DNA of 64,000 nt from Octopus sinensis. Taxonomy: Eukaryota. The notes under the pieces are model-generated. The model was not told the origin of the DNA. It did no database searches and saw only the letters and a list, made by a program, of their open reading frames with translations. Numbering within the stretch: position 1 is the first letter of the stretch; each line of letters starts with the position of its first letter. The translations under genes were made by a program, and so were the position numbers. The stretch spans positions 21,080,001 through 21,144,000 of the forward strand of contig NC_043014.1 of NCBI RefSeq assembly GCF_006345805.1, written 5' to 3'. Shown piece after piece: positions 1 through 12,016 of the stretch.

Positions 1-40
1 TACATGCATATATGTGTCTGTCTGTCTATATGTATGAGTG

Positions 41-71
<31 letters not shown>

Positions 72-1472
72 AAAGGGTAAAATCATTAATAATTTTACCA
101 GGTAAATAAAAACCCCTATAGGTAAATTTTACAAAATATATTATAATTATATACATAACTATAACAAGGGGTTGGCTTTACGCCTCACCTCGCACTGTAG
201 AAATAGACGCGAAATGCTCTGTTACCACCTTAAAATTCTCCCAGAATCTGTATATATATATATATACATATAAGGCAGGGTGTGTGTGGTGTGTGTGTGT
301 GTGTGTGTTTGTACGCGAATGTAATTTATGCACATCCACAAATTAACACGCATGTCGCTCCAGTTCTAGGAGGACATTCATTACGACCCTGTATTTTCGT
401 CAAATTATTTTCCCCGAAGACACCAATGAATAACGGTAAAAATAAATTTTCAACCATAACTTAACAATTTTCACGGCAGAGAAATCCACCATTGTTTACA
501 ACCATGAGTTAAGTCCCCTTCTAGCGACGGGTAAGTTTTTGTTGACATTTGTTTTTTTTTCCATCGAGGAAAAAAATGTTTTGTCGATATACGGGCAACA
601 CACACATACACACAACACACACGTACACCCATTGCATACATGATTTTTGTACGCATACATGTGCATGTGTGTGTGTGACTGAAGCCATTTACACATAAAT
701 ACATACAACCCCTCTCTCTCTTTTCATCTGTCAATCATTTACCAAAAAGACGAAATTAAAAAAACTGTTATCTATCGCTCTGTCTCTCTTCACACACACA
801 TTAACGAAACAACTTCTCAAACACACTACACTTTCTGTGTTGCACACCCCATCGAACACGCACACACACACACAAACAGACACGAACATGTATGCGTACA
901 AAAAACATGTATGCAATAGATGAACTTTTCGATTAACCGCGTGCAAGATCTTGTTTCAAGCTTAAAGTAAAGAAATATTACCTACTGCTATCATCAGCGA
1001 CGGTATTCCATAGTATAAATTTACGAGTATCTCAAAATATGCATGCGAGCCGCGACGTCGCATAACCAATATCCATCCACACTCGTAGAAATATACTACA
1101 AAGTAGAATTCACATCTTTCTTTTCTACCCTCGTGTAGTGTGTCAAGATCAAGGCCGCAGTTAATAGTTTCGATCAGGCAGTAAATTTTTCAAATATTAT
1201 TTATAATAAAAGGTAAAATCATTAATAATTTTAAGGTGGTAATAGGGCATTTGGCGTCTATTTCTACAGGCGTAAAGCAAATCCTTTGTTATAATTATGT
1301 ATGTAATCATAAAATATTTAATATATATACTTTATTATTAAGCATTTTACTCTACCTCCAGCATTCGTGTATTATTTTTTCCATTTTCTTTCACATTTAT
1401 GTGTTTACTCTGGTGTGTATATGTGTGTGCGTGTGTAACTTTATCTCTTTCTCTCTTTCTCTCTCCCTCCCC

Positions 1473-1528
<56 letters not shown>

Positions 1529-1709
1529 ATCCCTGTTTATACATGTCTGCATTTTTTGTTTTTCTGCAAATTTCAGCTATATATATATATATATATTGTT
1601 ATATGTGGAGATGGTCATATTTGTTGCCGATTAACCACACGCACAACATACTCGTCCTTCACTTCAACTTTATTATTATTCTTATTTTAGTGTCCTTTGT
1701 CTGAAGTCT

Positions 1710-2779
1710 TTCGCGTCACATCTTGTGACCTCTTCAGCGATTCTCCATTCCTAGCTCACTTCAGTTGTTTACAGCAATACTTAGAAGGAAGGTTTGTAGC
1801 GTGTGATCCTCGCACTGACCAGCTCAGAGTAAACTGAGCAGAGTATCTGCATCAAATTTTGCCAGAAGCTTGACGATATCACCTCAGAGCCCTACGCAAA
1901 TTTTCAGAAAGTGTATTGAGAGGAGTGTATGAGCCCTATACAAGTGTACGAGTAGTTCAACCGTTTCCAAGATGGCTGAAAAATTCCGATAGTAACAAAC
2001 GTTTTGGGAGATCCGCAACCAGCAGAACTGAGAAAACATCGCAGATGTGCGTGCAGCAGTAAGTGAAATTCGTCGAATCCCCATCCGTGAGTTATCAGAG
2101 GATGTGCAGATTAGTTACGGTTCAGTTCAGTCTATTATAACTGAAGATTTGGGTATGGGACGCGTGTCTGTCAAGTTTGTGCCAAAACTGCTTTCAATTA
2201 ACCAGATAGGCACTCAGGTTTTAGTTGCACAAGATCTCTTTATGTCGTGAACGACGAAAACTTTTTGAAAACGGTCATAACGAGTGATGGACCGTGCGTC
2301 GATGGTTATGATCCCGATACAAAGACCCCAAGTTGACCATGTTCTTCAGCTACAAGGGGATTGTTCATGATGAATATGCTCCAACTGGTCAGACAGTAAA
2401 CAAGGAGAACTACTGTGACGTTTTGCGGTGTTTGTGGGATGCTATTCATCGGGAAAGGCCACAATTGCACGCGTCCGGTAAGTGTCAATTGCACCATGAC
2501 AAGATATCTGCCCATTCAGCGCAGCTTGTGCAGCAGTTTTTCGCTAGGCACAGCACTGGACCCAGGTCCGATAGCCACCGTATTCCCCAGATCTCGCCCC
2601 TTGCGATGTTTCCCTCTTTCCAAAAATCAAATGCAACGAGGCAGATGCTGATTATCCGAGAAAACTAGTTCCATCAATGGAAACAGCGCTAGATTAAATG
2701 TGTGGCTTCCGAAGGGGACTACGTGTTGTAGATTTGTTTTTATAACACCAGTCCGGATATTTATTGATCAAGCCGCGCA
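1710..2779 (+). mobile_element. Degraded mariner (Tc1/mariner, DD34D type) with right TIR
   Basis: Frameshifted transposase pieces: ICIKFCQKL, IRELSEDVQISYGSVQSIITEDLGMGRVSVKFVPKLL, GQTVNKENYCDVL..LHHD, PYSPDLAPCD (2579-2608). TIR-like end ...ccagtccggatatttattgatcaagccgcgca followed by TA at 2780-2781. Left TIR not found. Confidence 0.85.
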
Positions 2780-3085
2780 TACACACACGCGCGCGCACAC
2801 ACACACATAAAAATTGCATGTCCTTCTTAGACGGAGGAAGAAAATTTAGCTAAAGGCCAGCGAAACTTGTACGCAATTGTTCCTTTGTCTGAACAAGTTT
2901 ATAAAGATCAGAGTTTTCCATGAGCATCTAAAATATTTTTGAGAAATTAATGATTAATGTCTTGAAATTATGTCTGTTTTCTTTAAAAGTTACCAGCTGA
3001 TATATAAAACAAGAAGTTTGGATTTTGTCATTCAGTACATCATCCTTTTATTTATCTAAATCCATTCTTGGCATATTTACTCTTA

Positions 3086-3156
<71 letters not shown>
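3086..3156. repeat. (TG)n microsatellite followed by mixed (TA)/(CA) low-complexity tract to about 3520
   Basis: Direct reading. Confidence 0.95.
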
Positions 3157-3157
<1 letters not shown>

Positions 3158-4237
3158 GTATTTGTCTGTGTATTTATATGTGTGTGTATGCATGTATGTA
3201 TTATATAACACACATACACATCCATATACATAGACATATATTTGCATATATACACCTAAATACATATGTACAAATATATACACATATACACGCACACACA
3301 CGTATAAATATGTATATGCATATAAATATATATATATATATATATATATGCATATAAACGCACATATACATACGTACAAATATGCACACACATTCACAGG
3401 CATGCGTATGCACATACATGCACAAGCACACACACGCACACACGTTCATATATATTTACATACACCATGCATGCAAACATACGAGCGCGCGCGCACACAC
3501 ATACACACACACACACACACAGATATAAACAAAATTACAGCTGATAAAATCTTAACAGCCGTTACTACCATCAGATTCTCAAATCCTTGTGATATTGCAC
3601 GGATTTGAGTGTCTCCCCCGCTGTTATTTATTACTAATCAACTCACTAATTCGATAGCCAGTTAATCTCTACACATGTTTTTGTTAAGCTGAACTAAGTG
3701 TAGGAAGCTGAGGAAAAGGAGGATGAAGGATGCTTTAATTTTTAATGATAGCTAATTTCACTCAGAACTGCAATAAGACTTGAATATGTCTTAAGTGTTA
3801 GATAAATAAGCTGTAATTAAAAGAGCACCACAGTGCCTACCACCATCACCCCCATTACAGTTCCAGACATCACCACTACCAACATCACAGTGTTGATTAT
3901 CCCTCCAGCCACCACATTAGTTCTAGCTACCACCACTATAATGCTAGCTACTAACGCTATAGAACAAGCTACCATCGCTATAGTGCTAGCTACCACATGT
4001 TAGGTATGATCATTACCTCACTATTACCATTATTCCATTACTACCACTACAGTGTTAGCAACTACTATACCATAATAGTGCTAATTATCATCACGAAAAT
4101 CAACTCCGCCACCACAATTGTGATATTGTTAGCTAACGCTATCACCAACTCCACCAATATCACAGTTCTTGCTAACCCTAACACCACCATAATTGCGCTA
4201 GCTTCAACCACGACCGCTTTCTGATCATGCCGAGTCA

Positions 4238-4796
4238 GGGTAAACCCGGGCGCGAATTATTTTTTCCCAGGAGAGTTCCAGACCCCAGTAATGAACTCAT
4301 TTGCATACTAGCAATCAGAGCTCACCTTGACCTTGTTGTCATGTTAACAAACACACTCTACCAAGTAAACTCAAGACGAAGAACGGTGTTGTAAGTCGAC
4401 CGATCGCCAAACTATGCCTGATTTTAGGAGACAAGTAATTAGATAGATTTGCATCTATACCTATTATCTAAACCATATGGTAAAGATGTGGGTGGGAAAA
4501 ATGTGGGTAGGGTGTGATGTGCTAGCAACCCTCTCCCTTTACTGTTTTACAAAGTAAACAACAGCACAAATAACTACGCAGAAGCAGCCATGGTTGAAAC
4601 AAGAACAAGAACAACAAGCATTATTAAAAGAGAAAAGAAGCATGGTCATTCCTTACCCAAGTGACCTCATCTTATCGCCCATCACTTGTTACGCGGTCAT
4701 AAATCAGTTTGATAATTGGTTGGCTGTATGCAAATGAGTTCATAACTGGGGTCCGGAACTCTCGTGGGAAAAACTTTCGCAACCCGGGCATTACCC
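4238..4796. mobile_element. MITE-like element with about 80-bp imperfect terminal inverted repeats
   Basis: 4238-4318 (gggtaaacccggg...ccagaccccagtaatgaactcatttgcatac) is the approximate reverse complement of about 4715-4796. No ORF inside and no clear TSD. Confidence 0.8.
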
Positions 4797-4983
4797 GTGT
4801 TTCCAGCAGCCTTCCTGAATGTCAACTGAGCTTACAAATTTAGTCTTAATGTGGCCCCCATACATATCGTATTCGTTCTACTTTCGTGATTTTACTTTCG
4901 CATCTTTCTCGAAGTATTTCTGTGCTAGATGTCTTATCAGTTTGTGAAACAGAGGTCAACTTTTTTACATTTTGGTTTCTCTC

Positions 4984-5553
4984 TCTTTAGTTTTTGGATT
5001 TTCTGCATTTCTACATTGCTTCACTTTCTACGATATATATATATATACCGACTAGAATTAAGCGCATATTACTATTATAGCAGAACTTTTTAAAATAAAA
5101 ACACATATAAACAACCTGTTAATTTTTATTTCTTTTTCTTTTTTCTTTAATCAACTTCTGCACAGAATGGTATTTCTTCTCATCACAGTACTCCTTGGTT
5201 ATGTGTACTTCATAGTCTGTAGAGCATGATGCACCTTCGTCACCCCTAACTGCTGAATCAAATTTTTATTGAGACGATAATAAATTCTACTGAAGCTGAC
5301 ATCTAGAGGACCTTTGGACTAGATGGATGTTCAGCATCTTCGGTAGTCGCAGCAAGCATCTTTTTTAATAAACTATCTTATAACCATTATATATTGATTA
5401 AAAAAAAGAAAAAGAAATAAAAATTAACAGGTTGTTTATTTATGCTTTTATTTTAAAAAGTTCTGCTATAATAGCAATATGAACTTAATTCTAGTCGTTA
5501 TATATAGAAAGTAAAGCAATGTAGAAATGCAGAAAATCCAAAAGCTAAAGAGA
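4984..5553. mobile_element. Foldback/MITE-like element with about 170-bp inverted arms
   Basis: 4984-5155 is the approximate reverse complement of 5394-5553 (ggattttctgcatttctacattgc / gcaatgtagaaatgcagaaaatcc; cagaactttttaaaata / tattttaaaaagttctg). Confidence 0.8.
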
Positions 5554-6489
5554 TTTTCTGCATTTCCAAAGACATTAACAACTAAACGATTAACTCTCTC
5601 GGAAAATTTCCACAAATATTGTTTGGTTCAAGTTATCAGAATTTTAGTCCAGAGTTTTATAAATCACATGAATGATTAGAATATGGCTCGCCAAAGAATG
5701 CACTGTATTGTTTTTGCGGTCGACATTTTCCGGACAAATCAAAAATAGGAGACTAGCAGGCGTTCTCTATAAGAGGATTCCACAACTGAAAGCATGCTGC
5801 TGCTGGGGAAAACACGGATATATGACAATCAATCAGAGGTCCCAACCCAACTTTTATCACAGCTGAATGGAGTGATTATCGTAAACTTTAAGCAAGAAAT
5901 ACATTTGTGCTGCCCATAGCCAACGAGCTTGTAGCAAAACAAGTTCGTGAAAACAGAGATTTGCCAATCTACTTTGGCTCTGTTTTACAATTAAAGGCAC
6001 AACAACAGGTGATACCAAGACATCATGAATATGATGAGCAAGGGTATGGTGATGAGTGAGAAATAGTGAGCCTGGTTTCGTACACATTCTATGACCACAG
6101 ACCAAGTAATGGAGCGAAACTGATAGGCAAGATTTTTTATCATGATATTCAGAACGAGTTTCTTTCTATCCGAACATCAAAAATCACAAAAGAAATAGCT
6201 GAATAAATGAATGAATTAGGTTTAATCATAGATGAAACAGGACGTTTCGAAAACTAAACACATCTCACTTGTTTCGCATTCCGTTTTTAACAACGTTATT
6301 TGTAAGCAAGTTACTGGTATCGAACTGTTTCTGCTGTGCATATTATACTAGTGTTGACATCCAGTTATGTGCCACTCAATGATGATATCACGATCTTAAT
6401 CAAAGACACTGTCTGGCATTCGAGCAAAGATGCTTACTGTTCTCTACATAGTTAGAGTCTGGCGGGTTGTATATTTTGTCTGTAACGGG

Positions 6490-7400
6490 CATGTTATTAG
6501 CAAGAAAAGACCCATAACTTTACCTTGCGGTACTTTATTTACTACCATAGACTTTGCAGGTGGGATCCGTTAGTTTCTGCCACCTGGCATTGTTCTTTTA
6601 GGAAATCAGAGACCCACATATCCAACCTTCAAGTTATGCCAATGTTATTCAACTTGAGATATAAAATTCCCTTAGTCGACCATGTCAAAGGCTTCGGTCG
6701 AGACCAAGGAAGGTATACAGTATCTATCTAAATTTCCACCAAAGCTTATGCTATTCAGCAACAGACTCCTCAGAATTTGGTAGTGTTAGAGTGTTTATCC
6801 GAGGTAGAAGTCGCCTTCTGGTGTTGTTAAAAATGATTTTGATACGTTGGCTCCCGAGACTCATTTTACGTTTTATCCTAGGATCCCAATACGATATCTT
6901 AATTGATTTTCACATGAGCGGCAAGTGGGGCAAGGATCACACAGGTAGTGTTAGATACCCATGTCCCACCGGAGAGTCGTGTGGTACCCTAGTTCATATC
7001 ACATGCTAGATACAACACGACTTACTCATGGTCAATTAAAAATTTGGGGTATTTTCTATTGGAAGATCTCGAAATCTTTTCACAAAGAATTATTCTGGTT
7101 TCCATGGCAAGTAAAATATTTTTCATTTCCTTCTGTTTTTATTGGAAAATCTAACAAGTTTTTCAAAAAGGAATAGCTATTTTTGTTTTAATGGCAAATA
7201 AAATTTTCTCAATACTCAGTCTTTTATTTTACCTCATTACATGGTGAAATCAGAATATTTACTACCACAGACTTATGGTATGAGTAGTTCTGAAAATTTC
7301 GTCACAATTTTGAATATCCTAAGATGGTCGAGTAAAGCTTTCAATGATATGATATCAATAGCTTCACTTATATTGCCTTTGCTAATAAAGAAATATTGTG
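6490..7400 (-). pseudogene. Highly degraded CR1/L2-group LINE reverse transcriptase fragment
   Basis: Minus-strand translation gives DTVYL..AFDMVD*GILYLKLNNIGIT*RLDMWVSDFL..Q.V..NG..VPQGKVMG and upstream ISEAIDIISL, matching the CR1 RT motifs (YLDFSKAFD, VPQGSVLG). Many stops and frameshifts. Confidence 0.6.
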
Positions 7401-7429
7401 AAGCATTACATTCCGCTGGTCTCATCAGT

Positions 7430-7765
7430 TTGGTGAGTAGCGATCAGTTGTCTCAATTTAAACATCTTAGAAATAGTGTTGAATATTTGCAAGGAACTGT
7501 AGACAAACTTATTTGTGAAAACCAATAGGAAGGAGGTACGTCTATTTAGGTGACATCACCATATTTGGTAGCACCCAAGAGAAACGTATCTACAATTTAT
7601 TTAAATTCCTAGAAGTTGGTCGTAACATTGAATAATAATAATGTAAATTTTCACCTAAGTCTACCTGTATTCTAGATTATCAAGTTAGCCATAACGAACT
7701 TCATCCTGACTCCTCACGTTTAACTCCACTTATAGAACTAACCAGGCCTAATAATAAACCGTATT
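7430..7765 (+). pseudogene. Ty3/Gypsy LTR-retrotransposon RT fragment
   Basis: QLSQFKHLRNSVEYLQGTVDKLI, then after a frameshift YLGDITIFGSTQEKR..NLFKFLE..CKFS..ILDYQVSHNELHPD..RLTPL. YLGD (7543-7554) is a mutated YLDD. No LTRs seen. Confidence 0.7.
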
Positions 7766-8359
7766 TTGTATAACTGATTTTATTATTTATTATAGGTTTC
7801 CTGCTTCTCTGAAAGAATAAGATACCTTCAATTTACGCCCAGTTTCTGCTTTCAGAGAAGGTTGTAACAGCAATCAGTGATTAAAGTAAGTATTACGAAG
7901 ATGAAAATATGCTGTTAACCATCGAAACAGAAATCTATGGGTAGGCTGTCGGGGCCAGTTTCTATAATAAAAATGAAGGCCAATGGCATTCACTGTTCCA
8001 ACACTCATACCAAGAAAAATCATTATACGATAGAAAAAAAGAAGCTTATGTGATAGCTGAGGCTGACGAAAAGCGGCAACATTTCTTTACAGTAAATGAT
8101 TCGCGCCTGAAACTGACTCATAGCTTATGCATTTATTATAAAACACGAAAATTATGAGTAAAAATCGAAAATTATTACACTGACGATTAAAATTCGTGAT
8201 GCTCTATCACGAAACGTTTCCTTGTCCTTGATTACTCAATGCGGTTTACTATCACGTGACTTTTGTGATGTCAAGAGTACTCTGCTACCGTGGTGTTGTC
8301 AAGTTGACATAACCTCTCCTTCTCAATAGATCACGTCAAACATGACACTTTATCTTTTA

Positions 8360-8580
8360 CCTCTTATCTTTAACTTGTTTCAATCATTTGACTGCAGCTA
8401 TGCGAGGACACAGCCATGAAGTGGACTTATAATCATATTTTTTTCTAAATTTATTCTTTAGGTCTCTTTTACCGAATTGTTAAGTTACGGGAACCTAAAC
8501 AAACCAACTACGGCTGTCAAGCAGTCTGGGAGACAACAAAGACGAACGCACAAAGACAGACACACACAATCGCACACACA
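8360..8580 (-). mobile_element. Degraded SINE family A, 3' part
   Basis: Reverse complement resembles the 3' half of the 46365 copy (cttgacagccg..gtaacttaac..cagtcaaatgattgaaaacaag). Confidence 0.55.
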
Positions 8581-8798
8581 TAGACACACCTATGTGCGCG
8601 CCCGCGTGTGTTTGAAGGGGAGCAAACTACTTAGAACCAGCATACCTAATCTTCAAGTCCTTATTACCCATAAGTTGTTTACATTGTCGCGTGGAAATAA
8701 ACAAAATCCTCTTTTGTTCATCTCCATGCGACAATATAAGTAAATTATAGGTAATAGGACCTAAGCTGGTTCTATGAATGTCTTAACTTATGCAATAT

Positions 8799-8932
<134 letters not shown>

Positions 8933-9004
8933 CATAAAATTCAGGGTGAATACTTGATAACTGTAAGCACCTGTATATGCCAGTTAGTGGTGTAGGTGAT
9001 AGGG

Positions 9005-9413
9005 TATATTTATCAAAAGAAAAACAGGATGCAAAGGATTTAGCGGTACATATGTTTCTGGCTTTATTGGACAGTTTATATCAATGCATAATTGATGTAA
9101 CTCGATATAGAATGAGGAGGTTGGATGTTGGGGTAAAACGAGTGAAAAATTGTATGGACGTTTTGTTTTGGTGTCCCGCTCTGCTGTATACGACTATGAG
9201 GATTTGCATCCCCAACGAAATCCGCATTTTTCCCAAACTTCTCAAACCTGCTATAATGTAATACATATCTTTGGTGTGGTAATTGTGCGCGGCTGAAGAA
9301 GGCTATTGACATACATGTTACATCAATTATACATTGATATAAACTGTCCAATAAAGCCAGAAACGTATGTACCGCTAAATCCTTTGCATCCTGTTTTTCT
9401 TTTGATAAATATA
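9005..9413 (+). mobile_element. Non-autonomous element with about 97-bp inverted arms and a hammerhead-like motif (Penelope-like derivative, inferred)
   Basis: 9005-9101 and 9317-9413 are reverse complements with about 2 mismatches. The hammerhead core overlaps the right arm. Confidence 0.7.
9289..9375 (+). ncRNA. Minimal type I hammerhead ribozyme-like motif
   Basis: Stem I GCGG(9289-92)/CCGC(9372-75); CTGAAGA 9293-99; stem II GGCTATTGAC..GTCCAATAAAGCC; GAAA 9360-63; stem III AC-GTAT-GT; cleavage triplet GTA 9369-71. Atypical extra A on each side of the stem II base. Confidence 0.55.
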
Positions 9414-9480
9414 TACATATATATATATATATATATAATATATATTATATATTATATATATATATTATATATATATATAT

Positions 9481-9772
9481 GGAGGCGCAATGGCCCAGTG
9501 GTTAGGGCAGCGGACTCGCGGTCGTGGGATCGCGGTTTCGATTCCCAGACCGGACGTTGTGAGTGTTTATTGACCGAAAACACCTAAAGTTCCACGAGGC
9601 TCCTGCAGGGGGTGGTGGCGATCCCTGTTGTACTCTTTCGCCACAACTTTCTCTCACTCTTTCTTCTGTTGGCCTGCTCGCTTAGCCATTTGAAGGCTAA
9701 AACAATGCGAAACGCATTGTGACCAGCGATGTGTAGCAACATCTGATAACCTGGTCGGTCACGGTGATCACG

Positions 9773-9777
<5 letters not shown>
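9481..9777 (+). mobile_element. tRNA-Arg-derived SINE (family C; octopus OR-type, inferred)
   Basis: A box TGGCCCAGTGG, anticodon-like gacTCGcgg, B box GGTTTCGATTCCC. About 300 bp, with (TA)n on both sides. Confidence 0.85.
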
Positions 9778-9814
<37 letters not shown>

Positions 9815-9817
<3 letters not shown>

Positions 9818-9870
9818 GCACAGCGTGGTTGTGGTAAGAGCTTGCTTCTCAACCATGTGGTTCTGGGTTC
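9815..9870 (+). mobile_element. SINE family A head fragment
   Basis: gtggtaagagcttgcttctcaaccatgtggttctgggttcagttcc matches the head of the 46365 copy. Confidence 0.6.
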
Positions 9871-9935
9871 AGTTCCGCTTCTACTAAACCTGTAAAAGAA
9901 TAAAAGAATATATATATATATATATATATATAAAA

Positions 9936-9990
<55 letters not shown>

Positions 9991-10797
9991 ATATAATATA
10001 TATATATATTCATACATACATATATACACCACACCACATACACATATGTGGATGTGAGTGCTCGCACGCGCGCATATATAATAATAGGGATTCAAAGAAT
10101 AATGCAAAGCTCACATTAAGCTCCCAGCCAATTGCATGTCGAATAAGAATGAGCGACGTTAAGGGTAGGATAAACCTTTACAATGCTGGAGAATATGTAT
10201 GCAAATAGAACAGAAGTGAGATGAGAAAATAGATGTTTATGTCATTCGTTTGGAACTGTTTTGTAATCTTGTTAGTTATATATAATAAATATGACATCAT
10301 CATTCGCATATATATAAAATATGTGCACACAAATATACAAGTATGTTGAAAAATATAGCAGAACAATCTCCAGAACGATTCTACAAAAAGGAAGCTGTCT
10401 CAGTATATTTCACAGACGATAGCTGTATTCAGCGGGTTACCAATAATGTTCTGCTGTTAGGAGGCAATGCCCGTAGATCAGAACAAATACAGTGAAAGAA
10501 GCAGTAGATTATTACAATAAAGTAAAATTAAAAAATAAATAAATAATAAACAAAGTCAAGGAATCAGAAAAATATAAATATAAATAAGAAAAATAGGTAG
10601 AAAGTTATAAAGGTTACTCAATGGTCGAAGGTTTGGTGCATGAACCTTGTCAAAGTTTGATAAGGAGCATATTCAAAGCTCTCGGCCTTCGAGAGTTTTG
10701 TGGCCTGTAACTTACTGCCGATCAAAATTAATAGAATTATTTTGAATTCTATCACGTTGAGGGTTTTTTCTACTAAACGCACGCACGCACGCACGCA

Positions 10798-10877
<80 letters not shown>

Positions 10878-10930
10878 ATGTATATATGAATGTATGGATG
10901 GATGAATATGTATGTATGTACGTATGTATA

Positions 10931-11900
10931 TCATTATTCAGTTTTATTTCAAGATTTCTTGCTACTAGAGAAAAAGCTGGTTTCTAACCTAGATCCAAGG
11001 CTCCTTGGGAATTTCAACAACATCAATAGGATTTATGTATGTATCTATGTATGCATGTATGCATGTATGTATGCATGTATGTATGTATGTATGTATGTAT
11101 GTATGTATGTATGTATGTATGTATGTATGTATGTATGTATGCATGTATGTATGTATATATGTATGTATGTATGTATGTTTTTACGTATGTATACGTGCAC
11201 ATTTGTATGCTTTGTTTTATGTGTCTTCCCATGCATATAGTTGCATGTCTAGACATGCTCAAATATATCTAAATGATAAATTTCTGGAAAGTTTTACAGA
11301 TTTTTTAAGGTTCCAGTGTTGGCTTGGATCTATAGTCTTCGAATCAGTTTTCTCCTATCTGGTTTTGAGAAGCCTATTTCTTAAAGATTGGTATTTAGGC
11401 AGTGTGTTACATACCCCAGTGCCCCAATAATTACAGGTATGAACCTAAACTTGTAATCTGGGTAGAGTAGCTGTAGATTTCTCAATAGTTCAGCATAGGT
11501 ATTTTCTTTTCTGTTAATCTTTAGCTTTATGTTAACATCCGCACAACTACACAGTTTCTCTTCTCTAGCCCAAATCATTACATCAGATCTATTATGTTTA
11601 CATTTTACTGAAATTTTCACAGGGACATTCCACCAGTATTCCTTTTTATTATGAGTGGCTATGGCTTCTATCATACTGTAGGTTCCTATTTCTTTGTCTT
11701 CGGGGTTATCCTTCCGACGGAACTCATTAAACAGTTTCTTAGCCACATCATGTCTCATCGGTAGATAATACCGTGATGACATTTTCAGACAACTGCTTAT
11801 GATGTGGGTGATATCTTTGGTGTTAACTCCACTGAGTCTGCATCAGTTATAACACTTTGTTGCTTTTTCTGCGTCTCTGTCCGTTTTATGCACTTCGACT
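10931..11900 (-). mobile_element. 3' part of an RLE-type non-LTR retrotransposon (R4/Dong-like), C-terminus plus 3' UTR with (CATA)n
   Basis: Minus strand: CRL..HIISSC zinc knuckle, RHD, HNRSD (degenerate PD), KENTY, IPVIIGALG (ORF 11381..11782). The 3' UTR ends ...aaataaaactgaataatga and is followed by (CATA)n. Confidence 0.8.
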
Positions 11901-11973
11901 CTTGGTGTCGAAGTGCGTATGTATGCATAGATATGTATGTATGTATGTTTGTATGTGTATGTGTGTGTGTATG

Positions 11974-12016
<43 letters not shown>

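Noticed and set aside
940-1000. Minus-strand CTGATGA..GAAAC hammerhead-like spacing
   Set aside because: Stems I and III do not pair; such spacing is plausible by chance in 64 kb.
1695-1745. Minus-strand CTGAAGA-GTCACA/TGTGAC-GAAA motif
   Set aside because: Stem II is good but there is no stem I, and it lies at the edge of the mariner relic.
5560-6120. Possible BEL/Pao relic (TKRLTLS, LYCFC, LLGKTR, FV-NR-like pieces)
   Set aside because: Matches are short and spread across frames; not supportable without tblastx.
9481-9550. tRNA-Arg gene
   Set aside because: The tRNA-like head lacks a paired acceptor stem and oligo-T terminator and runs into a SINE body.
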